A DNA stretch of 64,000 nt, from contig NC_087436.1 of assembly GCF_036321535.1 (NCBI RefSeq), positions 67,830,001 to 67,894,000 on the forward strand, in the 5' to 3' direction. Source of the DNA: Camelus dromedarius (Eukaryota). The position numbers and the translations under genes are program-made. This document shows, one piece after another, positions 25,431-38,528 of this stretch (within the stretch, counting starts at the first letter, position 1; each line of letters opens with the position of its first letter). The notes beneath the pieces are model-generated. The model saw nothing but the letters and a program-made list of their open reading frames with translations, searched no databases and was not told where the DNA came from.

Positions 25431-25959
25431 CTGTTAACCCTTGGGGAACTTGGATGAAAGGTAATGACATTAGAAAGGAATCTGAACGCTGAAGAAGAGT
25501 TTTGCTGGTAAGGAAGAAGGTAACATAAATCCGGGCAAAGGTAACAACATGAGCAAAGTCATGGAAGACGAGTTTCCATGGTGTGTTTATCCAACAAAAT
25601 AGTCCCATGTTGAAGAAGCTGAATAGTTACTGAAATAATTGGCAGTAACATGGATGGATAGAAATCTGTAGCCTTTGCCCAAAGGTAAAAGGTCTTAAAA
25701 GATACAGCTAGAAACTTGAGATCTATCTTATAAGGAAAAAAAAAAAATCAAAAAATTTTAAGCTGGGAAGTGGCAAAAGATCCACGAGAATGGGTTTATC
25801 TTATGTATATTCTCTTATCTATTTTCATTTTTCATTTATAAAATCAATACTTGCTCCTCAAAAATATAAAAGTAGTATACAAAGTATAAACATTCAGTTA
25901 TCTATTTTTACATTTAAAGAGTACTTATATATATACATATATATATAAATAAAACTAAA

Positions 25960-27220
25960 TTACCCCACAAAAGTGGTGTAATTCTTTCCACATATTCCAT
26001 AAATTGTTAACCTTCCCCTACCCACTTAAGAACTTATTGTAGAGTCTTCAAAATGTCAGTGCTTATAGATTCATTTAGGTTTTAAAATTGCATCCTGGTA
26101 TTCCTTATCAAGAACCTTCCTATTCTTTATGGACATCTGAGTGCTCCAGAAAAATATCCCCCGTCTAAGAAAGATTCTTACAAGCATTTTTCCTATCTCC
26201 ATGGATTCTCATCAATATGATTATTAATCTTTTAGGCCTCTGACAAATGGATAGGTGACAAATATATCACCTAATTTTATTTTTCCAATGTTTATCCTCT
26301 TATTAATAGTGTCATTTGCCATACAGAAGTTTTTCGGTGTTCATACCCTATGTTAAGATTATAAAATATCTGCTGCTATATTTTATACTAGCTCTCTCAT
26401 AATTTTAGATCTGATACGTAGATTGAATATAGATGTGAAATATGTTATGATTAATGTAAGGTATGAATATTTTATTCTATTTTCTATGCCAAATTGTTTA
26501 AAGCTATTGAATAATTATATATTTATACAGCTTTGAAACACAATTTCTTATATCATTCATATATACACAATCTATATCAAGCTCTAATTTAGTCTATTTC
26601 CATGCTAGATAATATCAGATTTTAGTCATTGTAGTTTGAGAGTACAATTTGATAAAATCTAACATACTAAATGCTCCCTAAAATTTAATTAGCTAATTTA
26701 CAACAATTATTCTACCATGTGAGATACAGAATTAAATTGTCAAGGGTTTCCATAAAACTATTGGAATATTAATCAAAACTTTTAGCTGGAAAATCCAGTA
26801 TGTCTCACCTTTCATTTGAGCTTTATTTGTATCTCTCCGTGACTATTTTGTATAGAGTTTGTCATTTCCTTTTAGGTGTTTTAGGTGTTGTCATTTCCTT
26901 TTAGGCTTTATATCTACTGTGGATAACTTTATTTTTAATTGACTTATTACTAAGATTGAGGAAAAATACTGTTGATTTTTGGTTGATTTTTTTAGATAGA
27001 TTTTCTCAATAACAATTAAATTGCCTTGATATTTTTGTGACTGCATTTCCAGTATTATTTCCTTTATTTATTTTTTGACACATCACATGAGTTTGGACCA
27101 TCGAGACAATACTGTGTAACATGTAAAAGCTTTGGTTGTAGCTTGGTAATGCTTGTACTATTTTACTGTATATTTGATGTTATTTTATTTTATATTTTAT
27201 TAATTAAGGAAGTTATTGTT
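25960..27220 (-). mobile_element. Highly decayed old L1 (L1ME-like)
   Basis: Scattered antisense L1 motifs (tacagaagtttt, ttttagtcattgtagtttgagagta, ttggaatattaat, ctgttgattttt) in the expected order. Confidence 0.5.
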
Positions 27221-29154
27221 TTTAAAACTCAATAGTCTATTTCAAAATTGTTAGGACTCTGCTATAAAATACTTAAGACTACCACTTGTAAATTTATAAC
27301 ATTTCAGTTTTCAAAATATGACTAGATAATTTTATATATTATTGCAATAAAATATCAATGCCATTTTTTAAAAAATGAAAACTCCCTAGACTCTCACGCT
27401 TAATTAACTTTTTTCTTTATCATTTTATCCAAACTCCTACCTAAGTCTTGGTCTGTAAACACCACAACACTTAGGCTTTATTTGCCCCAGAGTAAAGAGA
27501 CAGTTTAATAAAAAGCATTGCTTTAATCAAAAAGTGCCAACTACTATCCTTTCACAGTGGCAAATAAAAGATCTCTTCTTGATCAGTTACTAGAAAGAGC
27601 TCCAGCATCAATTTTGAAAATTTTATTACTTGCTTTTCCTAATGGTCCATTTATACCAAAAATATTTTTAAAGCAAATAGAAGTAGAGCTCTGTGGAAGA
27701 CCCCACCATCAGTGGAGAATGGGTACAGCCTCCCAGGAGGATGAAAAGACGACAATTCATAGGATATATAAGGAGAATGCAGTCAGTTATGTTGATACGG
27801 ATTCTCATTATAATCTTTGTCACTGCAATGGAGTCACGGTGTATCATATTCCATCCTTGTTATATTCTTTGTCAGAAAAATGAGACATCATTCATGCCAT
27901 CTGCCTTTGTTTCTCACACCCCTCCCCAACACTTTATTGTATTTTCACAGATTGCATTAGAGGAATAAATTGTGTAGCTCAAAGTCCATAGAATTGTCTT
28001 GATAAATACCAGAACACAGTCCCAAATCATGAACCCACAGGCCATGTAATGGAATTGTAAAACAAAATCTAATTACAGAGAAATGCCCTGCTCTGATGCT
28101 CTGATATAACAGTATATACAAGTGGATCTCTTGCATATATGACATAAGTAAGCCACATTTCTATAAGACACTATAGTACCTTGGAATGAGAATATTATGA
28201 ATATAATTAACAAATCATTCAGGTCCAATGTTTCCACAACTCCTCCCTTCCCAATGGTTCATATATACAAGTGGGCTGATAAAATTGTGTGTATGTTTTT
28301 AACCAGAGATAAAAACCTAAAGCTGAAGATTAAGGAATCTAACAGTTACCTTTAAAATCTTGATGTACTTAAAAATCTTATTGAAGCACTTTTTTCTGAA
28401 TTTTAAGAAAAAAAGATAAAATTTGCAATATTGATAAATTTCAAGTTTGTTCTTAAGTTTCCTTTTGAAAAACCTTCTTTCCCAAATAAATTCCCAAATT
28501 TGCAAGAACAGATTCTTTTTTTTGCATATTATCCTGACATAGTTATTAATAAGCCTCCTTTCACTTGTAACTTTCCCTATTAGACAATCAATTGTACTTT
28601 AACTCAACTTATAGGCCCTCATGAACCACCACTCCTCCAACAAAAAAAAATCTATGATCTCCCCAATCCAAACACCTTTCATATTCATACTTATAATGCT
28701 TTTTTTTCCTTTGGCTAAACTCAAGGTTTCTAAATGCTTACAATGTAGTAGGCCCAGGTTTATCAGTCTCATATTTACAGCTTGGGACAATATAGCAGTT
28801 TAGGTTTTTATTTGAATAATTCAGGTATTGTAACCTTAATACTAGTTTACAAGGAAAGGACTGGCTAAATGAATTACTTTGATTATGATAATATCTGTAT
28901 TCATTTTAACTTTGATTGAATACCCTAAGTAGGTATTCATATCTATTGCATTTGCTAGACATTTTATAAGTATTTTTACAATGCCACCTCCTCATTCAGC
29001 CTTCAAGTTTGGGAAGCTAATGAACTAGAATCTAGAAACTGGCATATTTGTTATCTTATAGAAAATTAAATGTGCTACTTTAAGGTAAAAATATTCCTTA
29101 GTCAAATAAAGTTAATGTTCCTTCTTAGAATTTTAGAATGAGTATTAAGATATT

Positions 29155-29300
29155 AAAGTCTAAGTCCTATAGTAAAGAAACCTGTTTAATTTTGTTTAAT
29201 CAAGTATTTCCCAAATTTATTTTACCATGAAACTCTGTTAGATAACACCTATTATAAGCCCAAACAGGCAGCTCTTTGAAGCATACTTTGAAAAATGCTG
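29155..29300. mobile_element. MER103-like hAT-Charlie remnant, opposite orientation to the copy at 8719
   Basis: agtcctatagtaaagaaacctgtttaattttgtttaatcaagtatttcccaaatttattttaccatgaaact...atactttgaaaaatgctg. Confidence 0.7.
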
Positions 29301-29394
29301 AACTGACCATTAAATACTATTTGCTCTAATACTAGAAAAAAAGGTGAGGCTGCTTTTTCTTAATTCAATGTAAACTAAAAAATAAAACAAACAA

Positions 29395-31452
29395 AAACAG
29401 TTCATCAATTTCTCCCATCCCAATGCCTCTGGCAGCCACCAATCTGTTCTCTTTATCTATGAGCTTGTGTTTTGTTTGTTTTGATTTCACGTATAACAGA
29501 GACAAGTCTTTTTCTTTCTCTATTTGGCTTATTTCACTTCGCATAATGCCCTAAAAGTCACAAATAGCAAGATTCCATTCTTTTCTATGTCTAAATAATA
29601 TTCCATGGTATATTTATTCTACAATTTATTTAAATCCATTCAATCATCTGTAGACACAGGTTGTTTTCATGTCTTGGCTATTGTAAATAATGCTGCAATT
29701 AACATAGAGGTGCCTATAATTTTGAGTTAGCATTTTTTGTTTTCTTCAGATTAATACACACAAGTGGAATTACCGGATCATACGGTAGTTCTAATTTTTT
29801 GAGGAACCTCCACACTATTTGTAAGAGTGGCTGCACCAATTTACGTTCCCACCAACAGTGCACAAGGGTTCCCTTTTCTCCACATCCTTGCTAATACTTG
29901 TTATTTCTAGTCTTTTTCATAATAGCCATTCTGACAGGTGTGAGGTGATATCTCATTGTGCTTTTGATTTGCAGTTTAACCAAGTAGTGATGTAGAGTAA
30001 CTTTTCATGTATCTGTTAGCCATTTGTGTATCTTTAGAAAAATGTTCAGGCCCTCTGCCCATTTGTAATATGATGTGATTTTTTTTTTTTGCTACTGAGT
30101 TGTATGACTTATTTATATACTGGCTATTATCTCCTTATCAGATATATGATTGGCAACTATTTTCTCCTATTCAGGAGGTTGTCCTTTCACTTTGTTGATA
30201 AGTTTCTTGCTGTACACAAGTTTCCTAGTTTGATATAGTCCCACTTATTTTTGCTTTGGTTGCTTTTGCTTTAGGTGTCAGACTCAAAAAATCATCTCTA
30301 AGACTGAAGTCATGGAGCTTACCACCTATTTTCCCTTCCAGGAGTTTTATGGTTCCAAGTCTAATAGTCAGGTCTCTAATCCATTTAGAGTTAAATTTCT
30401 GTGTATAGGACATTGTGGCTCAGTTTCATTCTTTTGTATGTGAGTGCCCAATTTCCACAGCACCATTTATTGAAGAGATTGTCCTTTCCTCAATGTATAT
30501 TCTTGGATCCTTTGTTGTAAATTAATTGAACATGTATGTGTGGATTTCTGGGCTGTCTTGTCCCATTGATCTATGTTGGATTTTCTGCCGATACCATATT
30601 GTTTTAGTTACTATAGGTTTTAATTCAGTTTAAAGTCAGGGAGTGTGATGTCTCCAATTTTATTTTTTTCCTCAAGATTTATGTTGCTATCTGGGGTATT
30701 TTAAGGTTCCATACAAATATTGTTTATTCTATTTCTGTGAAAAATGCCATTGGAATTTTGATACAAGTTACATTGAATCTCTAGATTGCTTTGGGTAGTC
30801 TGGACATCTTAATAGTATTAATGCTTCTAATCCATAAGCATGAAATATCTTTCCATTTATTTGTCTCTTTTTCAATTTTTTTCATCAGTGCATTACTGTT
30901 TTCCAATATATAGGTCTTTCACCCCCTTTGTTAAGTTTCCCCCTAAATATTCTGTCCTTCTGATGCAGTGTAAATGAGATTGTTTTCTTAATTTCTCTGA
31001 TAGTTTGTTATTAATGTATAAAAATGCTACATATTTTTGTTTGTTGATTTTGTATCATGAAAATTTACTAAATTTGTTTATTAATTCTAACTGTTTTGGT
31101 GGAGTATTTAGGGCTTTATATATAAAATATGTCATCTGCAAACACAGACAGCTTCACTTCCATTCAGATTTGGATGCCTTGTGTTTCTTTTCTTTCCTGA
31201 TTACTCTGCTTAGGACTTCCAATACTACTTTAAATGAGAGTGGCAAGAGTGGGCATTCACGTCTTGTTCCTGATTTTAGAGGAAAAGCTTTCAGCTTTCC
31301 ACTGTTGAGTATGATGTTTTAACTTTGGCTTGTCATATATGACCTTTATTATGTGGATGTACATTCCCTCTATACCTACGTTGTTGAGCGTTTTTATCAA
31401 GAAAAGATATTAAATTTTGTCAAGTTGCTTTTTCTGCTTCTAAGATCATCAT
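29395..31452 (-). mobile_element. L1 (L1MA-like), 3' half of ORF2 plus 3'UTR, non-coding
   Basis: Continuous antisense L1. The minus ORF 30225-30413 (YTQKFNSKWIRDLTIRLGTIKLLEGKIG) is recognisable L1 ORF2p. Confidence 0.95.
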
Positions 31453-33266
31453 AGAAGCTGCTATTGAAGGAAATAAAATTCATATATTAAATCATCCCTA
31501 CCGTTTCCCTTAGTTACACACTCTTCATTAAAAAAGAGGCAATAGGTCCCTCAGCCCTGATGTCAAAGAGAATTTTCAATCTAAACAAGTGTACAAAATG
31601 TAATTAATTTTTGAGTTTGCTCCAATTTTGAGCATTATTTAGAACTAGGTCAGTCACAGAGGAGTTCCAAACAGGTGAGTCCACCATAGAAAAGTCCTGA
31701 ATAGAAATGGTCTTCTGTAAGTAGAATTAATAAGATGACAGAATAGGAGCCTCCAGACTTCCACCCATGGACACCATTAGTGCACAGCTACATGTGAATT
31801 CATTCCCATCTGAGAGAAATCCAGAAACTAGTTGTATTCCTATACAATAAGCAACTCAGAAAATACCCACATTGCAACAAGTAGGAAAAGCTGAAACACA
31901 CTCTCACCATAAACCCCACCCCCAGCACAGCAACATGTAATTGGGAGGTAACCAACCCTCAACTTCCAGCTTCTTTCTTTTGAGGAGCAAAGGCTTTGGA
32001 CCACACAACTACTACTTCAACTTGGCTGCTAACCAAGAGACTGACTCCTAACTCATCCATCTCTGGGAACTGATGGGGCCTAGCATTCTCCAGTCCTTTG
32101 GGCCCCTGAGAATAAAGAGGTGTTTTTAAAAGGCATAGGAGCACTTCCTATGGCTTTTCCCACTGGCTCAGTGCAAAGAGGCAATAGAGCCCAGCTCTCA
32201 GATCCTCCACGGAAAAGGTTAGATTGCAATCTAACATCCTGGCCTTTCCCACTTTTGACTGAAGGCCTGGCTTCTAAGTAGCCTGCACCCAGGGCTGATG
32301 GGCCAGGCAATTATAGTCCTCTGGGAGCTTGAAAGGTTATGGGGCATCTTCTGTAGCTGCTCCCCCACCACAATCAAAGTTAAAGTGATCAACCCTCCAG
32401 CTTCCTTCTGGAGGGAGCTAGAGCACACATCTAACTTTTTTTACTTTTCTGGCTATTGCCTGTGGGTTTGGCTTCTCACTGACCTGTCTCAGAGCTGACA
32501 GGGCTTGGCATTTGCTAGTTCCCCAGGGTCTACAGAGACCAAGTGGTAGTCTTGAAGGTCCTGCAGGATATTCCTGAAATCAGGAGTGGCTATATTTATA
32601 TCGTACAAAATAGACTAAGTCAAAAACTGTCTCTAGAGACAAAGAAGATCATATAATGATAAAAAAGATTAATTTAATAGGAAGATAAAAATAATTTTAA
32701 GTATATATGCTAATATCAGAGCACTTATGTATATAAAAAAAATATTGATGGATCTGAAAGGAGAAACTGACAGCAGTAGAATAATATTAGATTTAATACC
32801 CCACTTTCAATAATGAATAGAACATCCAGATAGAGAAAAAATTAAAATTAGAAAAGAGCTGACTTAATACTGTAGATCAAATTGATCTAGCAGAACTTTC
32901 TGCCTAACAGCTGACAAATACACATTCTTCTCAATCACACACAGAACATTATCCAAACTAAATCACATATTAGGTCACAAAGTTTAATAAATTTAAGAAG
33001 ATCAAAATTATACTAAGTATCTTTTCTGACCACAATGGAATAAAACTGGAAGCCAGTAACAGTGAGAAAACAGGAAAAATTACAAATACAGGGAATTTAA
33101 ACAAAACAGTTTTGAACAACCATTGGTTCAAATAGGTAATCAAAAAGGAATTTTAAAAATAGAGGCAAACAAAAACAAAGACATATCAAAACTTATGGTA
33201 TACAGCAAAAACAGTGCTAAGAGGGAATTTTACAACAGTAAATGTCCGCATTTAAAAAGATGGCCT

Positions 33267-33380
33267 TGGTGAAAAAGAATATGACAAAGAATATATGTAT
33301 ATTCATGTATGACTGAAGCATTGTGCTGTCCACTAGAAATTGACAAAATATTGCAAAGTGACTATACTTCAATAAAAAGG
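33267..33380 (+). mobile_element. Young L1 3' tail nested in the older L1
   Basis: ggtgaaaaagaatatgacaaagaatatatgtat...gactatacttcaataaaaa; TSD agatggcct (33258-33266 and 33381-33389). Confidence 0.85.
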
Positions 33381-33716
33381 AGATGGCCTCAAAGAAACAA
33401 CCTAACTTTGTATCTCAAGGAACTAAGAAAGAGCAAACTAAGGTCAAAGATCATGGAAGGAAATAAAGATCAGAGAAGAAATTATGACCAAGTATACACC
33501 AACATACATATGGATAACCTAGGGCAAATGGGTAAATCTCTAGGAACATACAACTTCCCAAGACTGAATCAAAAAGAAATAGAAAGCCTGATAAGACCAA
33601 TAAGAAGACTGAAGCAGTAAGTAAAAAACTTCCCCAAAAACGTCCAGGACCAGGTGGCACTGTGGATGGATTCTGCTAAGCATTTGAAGAATTAATACCA
33701 ATCCTCCTCAAATTCT

Positions 33717-33868
33717 AGAAGGAGAAGGAAAAGGAGAAGGAAAAGGAAGGAAGGAAAGAAGGAAAAGGAAGGAAGGAAAGAAGGGGAAGGAAAGAAAGTA
33801 AGAAAGGAAGGAAGGAAAGAAGGAAAGAAAGAAGAGAAAAGGAAAGAAAAGAAAGAAAGAAGAGGGAA
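33717..33868. repeat. Polypurine (GGAA/GAAA)n tract inside L1 ORF2
   Basis: About 150 nt of almost pure A/G, read directly. Confidence 0.95.
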
Positions 33869-34719
33869 CACTTCCCAACTCATTTTATGAGGCCAGCAAC
33901 ACCTTGATACCAAAGCCACACAATGCTATCACAAGAAAAGAACTATAGGTGCATAAAAGAAGAAACATAAATGCAAAAAAATTCCACAAAATACTGGCAA
34001 ACCCAATTTCACATTAACAGATTTATATGTCATGACCAAGTGGGATTTATCCTTGTGTTACAAGAATGATTCAACATATACAAAGATGTGGTATACTACA
34101 TTAACAGATAAAACAAATAAACCACATTACAGATAAAAAGCACATGATCATTTCAAAAAGAAAAGGCATTTTACAATATTCAGCATCCTTTCATGAACAA
34201 CAAAAACAACCCAACAAATTAGGATAGAATGACTGTACCTCAACACAATTAAGGCTATATAGGAAAAGCTCACAGCTAATATCATAATCAGTGGGGAAAA
34301 ATGAAAGCTATCCTTGAAGATCTGGTTCAAGTCAAAGATGCCAACTCTTACCACTTCTATTAGACAGGAATACTCAAGTTCCAGCCAGAATAATTAGAGA
34401 AGAAATTAAAGGCATCCAAATAGGAAAGGAAGAAGTAAAGTGATCTGTTTGCGGATGACAAGATCCCGCATATAGGAAACCCTAAAGACTCAACAAAAAG
34501 CTGTTAAACAAATTCAATAAATTTGTAGGATACAAAAACCAGCTTACAAAGATTAGTAGCACTCTATATAGTAACAGACTATCCACAAAGGAAATTAACA
34601 GCCCCATTTACAATAGTAAGAAAGTAATAAAATACTCAGAAATATATTTAACCAAAAGGTTGAAGATTTGTATACACAGAACCATAAAACATTGGTGAAG
34701 GAAATTAAAGACAACATAG

Positions 34720-34840
34720 GCAACTATAACTCATAATAACCTATAATGAAAAAGGATATATATAAATGTGTAAGTGAATCACTATGCTGTACATCAGAAA
34801 CTAATACAACATTGTAAATCAACTATACTTCAATTAAAAA
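34720..34840 (+). mobile_element. Second L1 3' tail nested in the older L1
   Basis: gaatcactatgctgtacatcagaaactaatacaacattgtaaatcaactatacttcaattaaaa; TSD aaagacaacatag (34707-34719) and aaagaaaacatag (34841-34853). Confidence 0.85.
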
Positions 34841-35837
34841 AAAGAAAACATAGATAAATTCGGTGCTGTTTAAAGAAATTGTTTAAAAGTCCATGCTACT
34901 GGAAATGATTTACACTTTCAATGCTTTCCCTATTAAAATCCCAAAGGCATCTTTTGCAAAAACAAAAAAATTCATAAGGAACAACAGAAGACCTCAGTCA
35001 ATACAATCTTGATCAAGAACAAAGCTGGAGATATCACACTTCTTGATTTCAAACTCTTTATTACAAAAGCTGTAATAATCAAAACAGTGCAGCAGTGGCA
35101 TTAAAAAAAGACAGAACAATGAAACAGAACACCGACAGCAGAAATAAAGTCACATTTACTGTCAGCTGATCTGTGGGGAACAGATTGTTTCTTCAGTAAG
35201 TGGTACTGGGAAATCTGCACAACCACATACAGAAAAATAAAAGTAGACCCTTCTCTCACACCATATAGAAAATTCAACTCAAAATGGGTTAAAGATAAAT
35301 ATAAGACCTGAAATGATAAAACTACTGAATAAAACATAAGAATAACTTCAACATTGGTCTTGGCAATTATATATATATTATATATATATATATATTTTTT
35401 TTTTTAATATGACACCAAAAGCACTGGCAACAAAAAATAAAAAGACTGTATCAAACCAAAAAGCTTCTGAAAAGCAAAAGCAACAGAGTGAAAAGGCAAC
35501 ATACTGAATGAGAGAAAATATTTGTAAACCATGTATCTGATAAGGAATTAATATTCTAAATGTGTAAGGAACTCCTACAACTCAATTTTTAAAAATTACC
35601 AGATTAAAAATTGGGCAAAGGACTTGAATAGACATTTCTCAAAGGAAGATATACAATAGCCAATAGATATACTTTATATATACATATATATACACACACA
35701 ATAGGCAATGTGAAGAAGTACAAAGACAGTATCAATAAGATAATTAAAGCATTATTGCTTATTTTTACCTAACCTAATTTTTAATATTACACATAAAGTA
35801 TTTTAATTTGGAGCTATGGAAATATACCACCCAAATC

Positions 35838-36230
35838 TGTGGCAGTAAGAAGCATCAACTAACCTCCCCACTGTATCCACTGCCATGTTTCTGCTGATGC
35901 CTTATTTCCCTATGGCTCCTCCCAGTAAGTAATTAAACATGGCTGAGGGTTTAGTGTAGTCTAACTCCTGCAGTATAAGGGAATCCTCTAATAGGCAGCC
36001 TTGATTCAAGGACTCACCAGTGTCCTTACCAAAATCTTCTTTGGAAATATGCCTCTAAGACTTCCTATTCAATCAGTCTCCCTTTCCACACCCTCCTCTC
36101 ACATACATTAGGCCTGAAATGTGGTCTGAAGGCTCTCCTTATGCATTTATCTTTAGTTCCACAACACACAAATCTTTTGCACATTTAATTCTATCTTTGT
36201 TCTGCTTCTTGGAGTACCCAGACTAGCACA
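35838..36230 (+). mobile_element. ERVL LTR (LTR41-like)
   Basis: TG start; ggtctgaaggctctcc; 3' end aaatcttttgcacatttaattctatctttgttctgcttcttggagtacccagactagcaca. Confidence 0.65.
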
Positions 36231-36519
36231 GATAGTGACCTTTATCTTAAATGTTAAGTTGTCATCATCATCATCAGAAACCATAAAAAAAGTTTTATGA
36301 AATCTACTATGAAAGAATGCTAACGTTAGTAATACGGTTCCCACTTATTTTAGTTGTTATGAAGCAGGTGTATCCCTTTAGCACTCTACATGTATTACTC
36401 AATTTTCATAACAATTCTTCAATTATTACCAACCCCCTTTCAGAGATAAGAAAACAACTGTAGGACACATTGTACTCCTGGAAGAAAATAGGTAACATAC
36501 TAGAAAAGGAAAATTAAAG

Positions 36520-36935
36520 AGAGTTTAATAAAAGGGACAATTTGTAAATGTGTTAGCAGGTTGAAGAAAAATCAAAAAGATGGTGAGACACTCTGGAGCT
36601 AGGGACTCTGGAAGCCTCCCCAGCTCCAGGCAATGTTGGGGGGAGGGAGAGATACCCAAGCACCCAGAGTGTTATAACTGAGGTAATGAAGGAAAAGACC
36701 ACAATGGCGGCAGGAACTCTGTCCTTCAGAAGGGGAATACAGGTCATCAGGAAGAGAGAAGAGGAATAATTAAAACCTCTTTCTCTCTGCCATCTAGACG
36801 CCTTCCTTCCTCATTGACTCTCATCAGAAGCTGGAGGCTCAAAGAGCCCACTGATGCAGGCTGTACGGGCCAGTCTCCTGAGACAATGAGTGGGTGAAGA
36901 AGAGTAGAAAATACATCTGGATAGGGATACACAAA
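36520..36935. mobile_element. Ancient LTR remnant (MaLR/ERVL-type)
   Basis: gagagtttaataaaagggacaattt...gatggtgagacactctggagctag; gaagctggaggctcaaagagcccactgatgcag. Confidence 0.5.
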
Positions 36936-37072
36936 GTGTATTAAGAATAGGAAGGTAATGATTTAAAGTCATTGCCAGTATCTCTCATAAAAGCCAGTAT
37001 TGGAAAACTGAGCTCAAATGTGTCTAACTCCAAATGCTTTTTTCTACCACACATTATTGAGGACCAAGATTT

Positions 37073-37087
37073 TAAATAAATAAATAA

Positions 37088-37154
<67 letters not shown>

Positions 37155-37157
37155 TAT
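37073..37157. repeat. Compound (TAAA)n(TA)n(CA)n microsatellite
   Basis: Direct reading. Confidence 0.95.
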
Positions 37158-37204
37158 CAAAATAAATAATTATATATAAAATATTTATATATAATAGATA
37201 TATG

Positions 37205-37634
37205 AAATGAGAGAAGAGACAGAGATTGATTATCAAGTATTGGCTCTTACAATTATGGAGGCTGCAAAGTTCTAGGATTTGCTCTCTCAAGCTGGAGACC
37301 CAGGACAGCTGGCAGTATAGTCTGAAGGCCTGAGAACTGAAGAGCTAATTGTATCAATTCCAATCTGAGTCTCAAGCCCAAGAACCAGAGCATGCAGAGA
37401 AGGAGATCAACGTTCAAGCTCACAGACAGGCAGTTCATTTTAACTTTCTCTGCCTTTTTGTTCTATCCAGGCTCTCAACAAATTGGATGATGTCCACCCA
37501 CCTTGGCAAAGCTTTATGCAGTCCACCAATTTGAAACCTCATCTCTTCCAGAAGACAACAGGAAATAAAGTTTAACCAGTTGTCTGGGCCTCCCATGGCC
37601 CAGTGTCTACTTGGTACATAAAGTTAATGATCAT
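37205..37634 (-). mobile_element. MLT2 (ERVL) LTR
   Basis: attggctcttacaattatggaggctg, caagctggagacccagga, gtctgaaggcctgagaac, cctttttgttctatccaggctctcaacaaattggatgatgtccaccca. Confidence 0.85.
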
Positions 37635-38497
37635 GTATCATATGCAATCATGCCTTCCTCTGAGGTAGGTGGTACTATGATAGGGTTCCATTAATTATTT
37701 CTGAAGAAAGGAAACAGCTATTAAATAGAAAATAAAAACTTTACATTGTCTGAATCTGATCAATGCCAGTGAAATCGTGATTTCAGGAAAGTATCAAGCC
37801 AGATGTTTCTTATGATAATTGGCTCAAGATCACCTCTGAGCCCCTTCCCTGAGGTGGATGGCTAAGGATCTAGTTCTACATTATTCACCCACAAAACTGA
37901 TCATCTTAATGTATTTAATTGAGGTCCTGACTATATAATGTCTTCTTATCCCTTTTCACATATTCCAAGTTCAAGAGCCACTCAATAGCTTGAGCAGAGT
38001 AAGAAGAAAACAGAGACTAACACCTTGCTTTCAACTGATTGCAGAAAAGAGAAAAGACCAGGACTGGCAAAGAACTGCAGAGACCAAGTCAAGTCATAGA
38101 GAGTCAAAAACTGAACAGAGAACTTCAGCATTTCCGGCATCATCCATCACTGGAAATATTTCAGCAGCACAAGGTCATCTTTAACTGGCAATGAGATAAC
38201 TAGAATAGATCACTTAGGTAAGGGAAGGGGTGTTGCAGCTAGTATGACCCTCATCACTCCTTTTCAGAACTCAAAGGAAAAAGTACTATGAAGCCAGAGT
38301 TCAAATTTATTTTATAACAAAATTTAAGTGTTCTTCCTGAGTATGTCTTTTGTTTCTCCTAATTTAATCATTACCCTTTGAAATACTCTATACTCTATTA
38401 GTAAAATTTAAGGAATTTAAATGGGAAATCTATATTCCATCAAAAATATAGAACACAGACCTTTCTCCAAATAGGGTTTTTCTGCTAAAGTCAGTAC

Positions 38498-38528
<31 letters not shown>

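Larger units (their letters stand above)
31730..35668 (+). mobile_element. L1 with 5'UTR, no ORF1, decayed ORF2 and truncated 3' end
   Basis: aagatgacagaatagg 5'UTR-like start; ORF2 endonuclease-region DNA from about 32580; ORF2 peptide MDNLGQMGKSLGTYNFPRLNQKEIESLIRPI; many frameshifts. Confidence 0.9.

Noticed and set aside
38045..38217. Plus-strand exon-like segment ending TAG|gtaagg
   Set aside because: Stops occur before the donor in the frames examined and the acceptor is poor. At best non-coding.
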